From Acidobacteriota bacterium (lineage in GTDB: Bacteria; Acidobacteriota; Thermoanaerobaculia; Gp7-AA8), in contig JAFATB010000023.1 in NCBI GenBank assembly GCA_019244185.1, forward strand, positions 320,001-384,000: a stretch of DNA of 64,000 bases, written 5' to 3'. The notes below the pieces were generated by a model, which was not told the origin of the DNA, made no database searches, and saw nothing but the letters and a program-made list of their open reading frames with translations. The number at the start of each line of letters is the position of its first letter. Position 1 is the stretch's first letter. Position numbers and translations under genes: made by a program. Positions 59,199 through 64,000 of the stretch are shown here, one piece after another.

Positions 59199-59905
59199 CG
59201 TCGATCCTCTCGATCCGCAACCTCGAGGTCGGCTACGGCACGATCGCCGCGCTGCACGGCATCGGCCTCGACGTGCAGAAGGGCGAGATCGTCACGCTGA
59301 TCGGCGCGAACGGCGCGGGCAAGACCACGACGCTGCGCACGATCTCGGGCTTGCTCAAGCCGCGCAAAGGCGAGGTCACGTTCAACGGCCAGAACATCAG
59401 CGGCGTGAAGCCGCACATCATCACCGGCAAAGGCGTGTCGCACGTGCCCGAGGGCCGCGGCATCTTCGCGAACCTCAGCGTCGCCGACAACCTCGAGCTC
59501 GGCGCGTATCTGCGCAAAGACAAGATTCAGAAGTCGGAGTACGACCGCATCTTCTCGCTCTTCCCGGTGCTGAAAGAGCGCATCAAGCAGAACGCGGGAA
59601 CATTGAGCGGCGGCGAACAGCAGATGCTCGCGATCTCGCGCGCGCTGATGGCCAAGCCGACGGTGCTTCTCCTCGACGAGCCGTCGCTCGGCCTCGCGCC
59701 GCAGATGGTGCAGACGATCTTCCGCGTCATCCGCGAGATCAACGCCGAAGGCACGACGATCCTCCTCGTCGAACAGAACGCGCACATGGCGCTCGTCACC
59801 GCGCACCGCGGCTACGTCATGGAAACCGGCCGCATCGTCGTGAGCGACGAGACGAAGGCGCTGCTCGCCAGCGACCGCATCAAGAAGGCGTACCTCGGCG
59901 GCTAG
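59195..59905 (+). CDS. livF: BCAA ABC transporter ATP-binding protein
   Basis: GANGAGKTT, VPEGR.IF, LSGGEQQMLA, DEPSLGLAP, VEQNA. Confidence 0.96.
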   Translation: MTSILSIRNLEVGYGTIAALHGIGLDVQKGEIVTLIGANGAGKTTTLRTISGLLKPRKGEVTFNGQNISGVKPHIITGKGVSHVPEGRGIFANLSVADNLELGAYLRKDKIQKSEYDRIFSLFPVLKERIKQNAGTLSGGEQQMLAISRALMAKPTVLLLDEPSLGLAPQMVQTIFRVIREINAEGTTILLVEQNAHMALVTAHRGYVMETGRIVVSDETKALLASDRIKKAYLGG

Positions 59906-59916
59906 CCGCGCGCGCG

Positions 59917-60711
59917 TTACTCTCCCGCCGTCTTCCGCGCCACCGCGTTCTGCAGCGAAAGCCACTCGTCCATCTCGCCGGCGCCCCGCGGGATCTCGCC
60001 GAGGCGCTGGGAGATTTCGAGCGCGTTCTTCGCGCAGTCCCAGTTCTCGAGGCGCACGTGCGAGCGCGCGATGTGAAAGTACGGGTAGTAGTCGATGAGC
60101 CACATGCCGTACATGCGCGCCTGCTTCTGCGGATTCGGGCGGCGGGCGACGGCGTCGAGGAAGCGCGCCAGCGCGCGCGGATAGTCGCCCTTGCGCTCGA
60201 GCTCGAGTCCGAGCTCGTAGTTCGCGTACCACGGCGCATCGCCGAGCTTCGTGCTCGCGGGAAGGTTGCACTTCTCCAGCACGTCGTCGCGCAGCCGCTG
60301 GAACTCCGCGTCGCTGAGCACGGGCGGCTTCTTCTCGAAGCGCGCATATCGCGGCGAGCGCGCGGTGGGATCGCCGCGCAGCAGCAGCTGATAGGCGACG
60401 AGCAGCGGACGTCCGACTTCGCTCTTCGCCGCGACGCCCGACGTTTCCGCGAGCGCGAGCTCGCGGCGCGCGCCGTCGACGTTGCCGGTCATCTGATGGG
60501 CGATCGCGAGATAGAGATGCGGCAGATAGTCGAGGTACTGCTGCGGCGCGGCCGGCACCTGCAGCCCTTCCTCCGCGCGCCCCGCGAGCGCGGCCTCGAG
60601 CTCCGGCTTCGCCTCCGCGGCGCGTCCCTGTTCGATGAGACGGATGCCTGATTCGTAGTGGCCGAACCACGAGCTGGCCGCGAGCAGCGAGACGGCGAGA
60701 AGGATGTGCAT
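59917..60711 (-). CDS. Exported TPR-like protein with internal duplication
   Basis: Two homologous modules W...YE.G..L...G....A......A......DY.P....A..H, and a short signal peptide. Confidence 0.7.
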   Translation of the reverse strand: MHILLAVSLLAASSWFGHYESGIRLIEQGRAAEAKPELEAALAGRAEEGLQVPAAPQQYLDYLPHLYLAIAHQMTGNVDGARRELALAETSGVAAKSEVGRPLLVAYQLLLRGDPTARSPRYARFEKKPPVLSDAEFQRLRDDVLEKCNLPASTKLGDAPWYANYELGLELERKGDYPRALARFLDAVARRPNPQKQARMYGMWLIDYYPYFHIARSHVRLENWDCAKNALEISQRLGEIPRGAGEMDEWLSLQNAVARKTAGE

Positions 60712-60719
60712 GGCGGGAT

Positions 60720-60747
60720 GCTAACTTTCGGCGCGCGCCTTCGTCTA
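60720..60747 (+). promoter_or_regulatory. Possible ECF-sigma promoter of DUF4097 gene
   Basis: GCTAAC-N16-CGTCTA (AAC/CGTC pattern). Confidence 0.4.
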
Positions 60748-60770
60748 TCGCGGTGAAAGGGGACCTCGTC

Positions 60771-61643
60771 ATGCGTCGCATCGCACTCGCTCTTGCCCTC
60801 GCCTCCCTCGCCACCGCGGCCTACGCGCGGGGCAACCATTACGGCAGTCACGTCCGTTCGGACGCCGACCGCTGTTCGGCCGACGACATCCAGTTCGACG
60901 ACGGCGACACCTACGTCGAGAAACAGGTCATCGACGCGGGAACTCTGCGCTCGCTGAAGATCGCCGGCGACCGCTCGCCGATCAGCGTGACCGGCGGCAG
61001 CGGTTCCGGCTACACCGTCACGGTCTGCAAGGCGGCGAACAGCCCCGAGAAACTGCGCGACATCAACGTCTCCGTCGTCGGCGGCGAAGTGAAGACGAGC
61101 GGTCCCTCGTCGACGCACAACTGGACGGTGCTGTATCACATCACCGTGCCGCGTGGCGCGAACGTCGACGTCTCCACCGAGAACGGTCCGCTCGCGCTGA
61201 GCGACGTCGACGGCACCGTCGTCGCGCGCGCGGAGAACGGTCCGCTGTCGCTTGCGAACGTCTCCGGCGAAGTCGACGCGCAGACGATCAACGGTCCGAT
61301 CAGCATCGACGGCGGCGCCGGCCGCATGACGGTCAAGGCGTCGAATGGTCCGCTGTCGATCGCGCTCGACGGCGACGGCTGGAACGGCTCGCTCGAGGCA
61401 TCGACCAAGAACGGTCCGCTCAGCATCAGCGTCCCGCGAAACTTCAACTCGGGGGTCGTCGTCGAATCAGACGGACGCGGGCCCATTTCTTGCCGGGCCG
61501 AGGGATGTGACCGCGGCTGGCGCATGACGCGCGATGGTGGTGACGACGGCGATGAGCCGCGCCGCATCGAGCTCGGTCACGGCGCCACGGCAGTGCACGC
61601 AACCACGGTCAACGGCCCAATCACGATTCGCGATACCCAGTAG
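60771..61643 (+). CDS. DUF4097 family beta-strand repeat (adhesin-like) exported protein
   Basis: Signal peptide AYA/R, ITVPRG, repeated T.NGP(L/I)S motifs. Confidence 0.85.
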   Translation: MRRIALALALASLATAAYARGNHYGSHVRSDADRCSADDIQFDDGDTYVEKQVIDAGTLRSLKIAGDRSPISVTGGSGSGYTVTVCKAANSPEKLRDINVSVVGGEVKTSGPSSTHNWTVLYHITVPRGANVDVSTENGPLALSDVDGTVVARAENGPLSLANVSGEVDAQTINGPISIDGGAGRMTVKASNGPLSIALDGDGWNGSLEASTKNGPLSISVPRNFNSGVVVESDGRGPISCRAEGCDRGWRMTRDGGDDGDEPRRIELGHGATAVHATTVNGPITIRDTQ

Positions 61644-61728
61644 CCACTCGGCGAAAGTGGCGTAGTCCCCCGGCGGGTTGGGAGATGGCGGGCACCGGCT
61701 CCCAACCCGCGGTGGCGCGGGCAAAAGC

Positions 61729-61837
61729 GAATTGAGAATGCAGAACGCAGAATGAAGAATTTAGAAGTGCGGTGGGCCGCCTTTGGCGGCCGCGCCTCTT
61801 TCTGAATTCTTCATTCTGCGTTCTGCATTCTGCATTC
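61729..61837. repeat. Heptamer-array palindrome, copy D
   Basis: GAATTGAGAATGCAGAACGCAGAATGAAGAATTTAGAA-spacer-TTCTGAATTCTTCATTCTGCGTTCTGCATTCTGCATTCA. Confidence 0.9.
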
Positions 61838-61870
61838 ATCGTCCCTTGGTAGACTGTGCGCGCCGCGAAA

Positions 61871-63205
61871 ATGCCGGTCTCCACCGACACGCCCGAACCG
61901 CTCCCCCCACGCGGGCAACTGCTCGCGGTCCTCGGCGTCGGCTTCGGGCTCGCGGTCACGATCGGCAACGCCATCGGCGCCGGCATTCTCCGTACGCCGG
62001 GCGACATCGCCACGCACCTGCAGACCTTCTGGCCGTTCATCCTGGTCTGGCTCGGCGGCGCGCTCTACGCGTTCCTCGGCGCGAACGCGCTGGCCGAGCT
62101 CGCGACGCGCGTGCCGCGCTCCGGCGGGCAGTATGTTTTCGTTCGACACGCGCTCGGCGACTACGCGGGCTTCGTCGTCGGCTGGAGCGACTGGATCTCG
62201 ACGTGCGGCACGACCGCGGCCGTGGCCATCGTGGTCGGCGAATACACCGTCGCGCTGATTCCCGCCGCGCGCACGCAACAGGTCATCGCGCTCGCCGTCG
62301 TCGCGATCCTGACGATCGTGCAATGGCTCGGCGTGCGCGCCGGCAGCGCCGTCCAGAACGTCACCAGCGTGATGAAAGCGCTGGCGCTGCTGTTCTTCAT
62401 CGGCGCGTGCCTGTGGCTCGGCGCGCGGAATCCGATGGCGCCGACGGTGGTGAACGCGGAGCGCGAAGGCTCGCTCTTCCTGCCGTTCGTGCTCGCGCTG
62501 CAGTCGGTCATCTACACGTACGACGGCTGGTCGGCCGTCATCTACTTCTCCGAGGAAGTGAAGGACTACGCGCGCAGCATTCCGCGCGCGATGTTCTCGG
62601 GACTCGCGTCGGTGACGGCGATCTATCTTCTGATCAACATCGCCATCCTGCGCGTCGTCTCCGTGCCGACGATCGCCGGGGAAAAATTCGCGGCGGGCGT
62701 GGTGATGGAGCGCCTCTTCGGCGCGAACGGCTTCAACGTGTTGCGCGCGCTCGTCGTCGTGCTGCTCCTCAGCGCGGTCAGCTCGAACGTGCTCATGGCG
62801 CCGCGCGTGCTCTACGCGATGGCGAAGGACGGCCTGTTCTGGCGTGGGGCGCGTGAAGTGAATCGCGGTGGCACGCCCGACATCGCGCTGCTGATCAGCA
62901 GCCTTCTCGCCGGTGCGTTCATCGTCACCGGCACGTTCGAGACCGTCATCGCCAAGCTCGCGTTCTTCTTCGTCGCGAACTACACGCTCTCCTTCGCCGC
63001 GCTCTTCGTCTTGCGCCGCCGCGAGCCCGGCGCGCCGTTCCGCGCATGGGGACATCCGTTCACGACCTGCCTCGCGCTGCTCGCCTCGCTCGCGTTCCTC
63101 ATCGCCGCGACGCTCGGCGATCTCGCGAACAGCCGCTGGTCGCTGGGACTGCTCCTGCTCACGGTTCCGGTATATTTCGGGGCGAAACGGTTCTCCCGAC
63201 GATGA
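61871..63205 (+). CDS. APC family amino acid permease
   Basis: IGNAIGAGIL, AELAT.VP.SGG.Y, YTYDGW, EEVKD, PRVLYAMA.DG. About 12 TMs. Start is 61856 or 61871. Confidence 0.92.
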   Translation: MPVSTDTPEPLPPRGQLLAVLGVGFGLAVTIGNAIGAGILRTPGDIATHLQTFWPFILVWLGGALYAFLGANALAELATRVPRSGGQYVFVRHALGDYAGFVVGWSDWISTCGTTAAVAIVVGEYTVALIPAARTQQVIALAVVAILTIVQWLGVRAGSAVQNVTSVMKALALLFFIGACLWLGARNPMAPTVVNAEREGSLFLPFVLALQSVIYTYDGWSAVIYFSEEVKDYARSIPRAMFSGLASVTAIYLLINIAILRVVSVPTIAGEKFAAGVVMERLFGANGFNVLRALVVVLLLSAVSSNVLMAPRVLYAMAKDGLFWRGAREVNRGGTPDIALLISSLLAGAFIVTGTFETVIAKLAFFFVANYTLSFAALFVLRRREPGAPFRAWGHPFTTCLALLASLAFLIAATLGDLANSRWSLGLLLLTVPVYFGAKRFSRR

Positions 63206-64000
63206 TCGATCCGCGCCTCGAATCCGCCTCCACGCTCTCTGCCCGCTACTACACCGACGCGGCGGTGCTGGAGGAAGAGAACCGCCGCATCTTCGCGCGC
63301 ACGTGGCAGCTCGCGGGGCGCAGCGAACAGGTGGCGGAGGCGGGACAGTTCTTCACGACGACGATCGCGGAAGAGCCGGTGCTCGTCGTGCGCGGCAACG
63401 ACGGCGAGCTGCGCGCGCTGTCGAACGTCTGCCGCCATCGCGCCGGTCCCGTCGCGACAGGCGAGGGAAAGCGCCCGGTGCTGCAATGCGGCTATCACGG
63501 CTGGACGTACTCGCTCGACGGCCGCCTCGCGCGCACGCCGGAGTTCGACGGCGTCCGCGACTTCGATCGCGAGCATTGCGCGCTGCCGCGCTTTCAGGCC
63601 GCGGAGTGGAACGAGCTCGTGTTCGTGAATCTCGATCCGCGCGCCGAGTCGTTGCGCGACTTCCTCGGCACGCTCCTCGACGACATGCCGCGCCACGACT
63701 ACCGCGGCTTCCGTCTCGCGCACCGCAAGGCGTGGGAGCTCGACTGCAACTGGAAGGTCTACGTCGACAACTACCTCGAGGGCTACCACATCCCGATCGT
63801 GCATCCGGGACTCTTCCGCGAGCTCGACTACGCGAACTACCGCACCGAAGTGAAGCGGACGTACTCGATTCAGTTTGCGCCGACGAAGAAAGCGGAGCGC
63901 ATCCGCACGAGCGGCGGCGACGACGAGGTGCGCTACTTCTGGATCTTCCCGAACCTCATGCTCAACGTCTATCCCGACAATTTCTCGACGAACCTCATCC
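63202..64000 (+). CDS. Rieske non-heme iron oxygenase alpha subunit (choline monooxygenase/CntA-like), 3'-truncated
   Basis: ATG 63202 (ATGA overlap). Rieske ligands NVCRHR and CGYHGW, mononuclear Fe motif NWK...DNYLEGYHIPIVHP. Not in the ORF track because the stop lies outside the window. Confidence 0.92.
   Translation, partial: MIDPRLESASTLSARYYTDAAVLEEENRRIFARTWQLAGRSEQVAEAGQFFTTTIAEEPVLVVRGNDGELRALSNVCRHRAGPVATGEGKRPVLQCGYHGWTYSLDGRLARTPEFDGVRDFDREHCALPRFQAAEWNELVFVNLDPRAESLRDFLGTLLDDMPRHDYRGFRLAHRKAWELDCNWKVYVDNYLEGYHIPIVHPGLFRELDYANYRTEVKRTYSIQFAPTKKAERIRTSGGDDEVRYFWIFPNLMLNVYPDNFSTNLI

Overview
GC-rich bacterial core-genome segment from a diderm organism (lpxC, OmpA, TonB domain). The gene complement suggests Acidobacteriota, possibly Thermoanaerobaculia; this is inference only. 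About 60 densely packed CDSs and one tRNA-Gly(GCC) are present. Housekeeping genes: glyA, folC, accD, smpB, lpxC, mutL, pyrRBC, queF, ribDE, pfkA, livKHMGF, mltG, ruvX. Surface and envelope genes: three tandem DUF2723-like GT-C paralogs, YfhO, a GT2, two type IV pilins, two PilT-family ATPases, OmpA, an Omp85-like barrel, SpoIID, DegP and a DUF11/IPTL-CTERM protein. I saw no integrase, transposase, prophage or CRISPR array. The most unusual signals are: (1) a dispersed family of long palindromes built from NNNAGAA heptamers around unique spacers, which also donate stop codons to host genes; (2) an FHA gene split by an A10 slippery run; (3) a pseudokinase-TM-TonB fusion; (4) an mltG that apparently starts at ATA; (5) pervasive TANNNT-adjacent, probably leaderless genes, including palindromic bidirectional promoters; (6) at least six sigma54-type promoters, one in front of an unannotated 49-aa membrane protein; (7) an archaeal-type GAPDH homolog; (8) a cysteine-motif-less radical-SAM-like/PolX-HhH-like fusion in the rib operon. 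All family assignments come from motif recognition by eye, not database searches.
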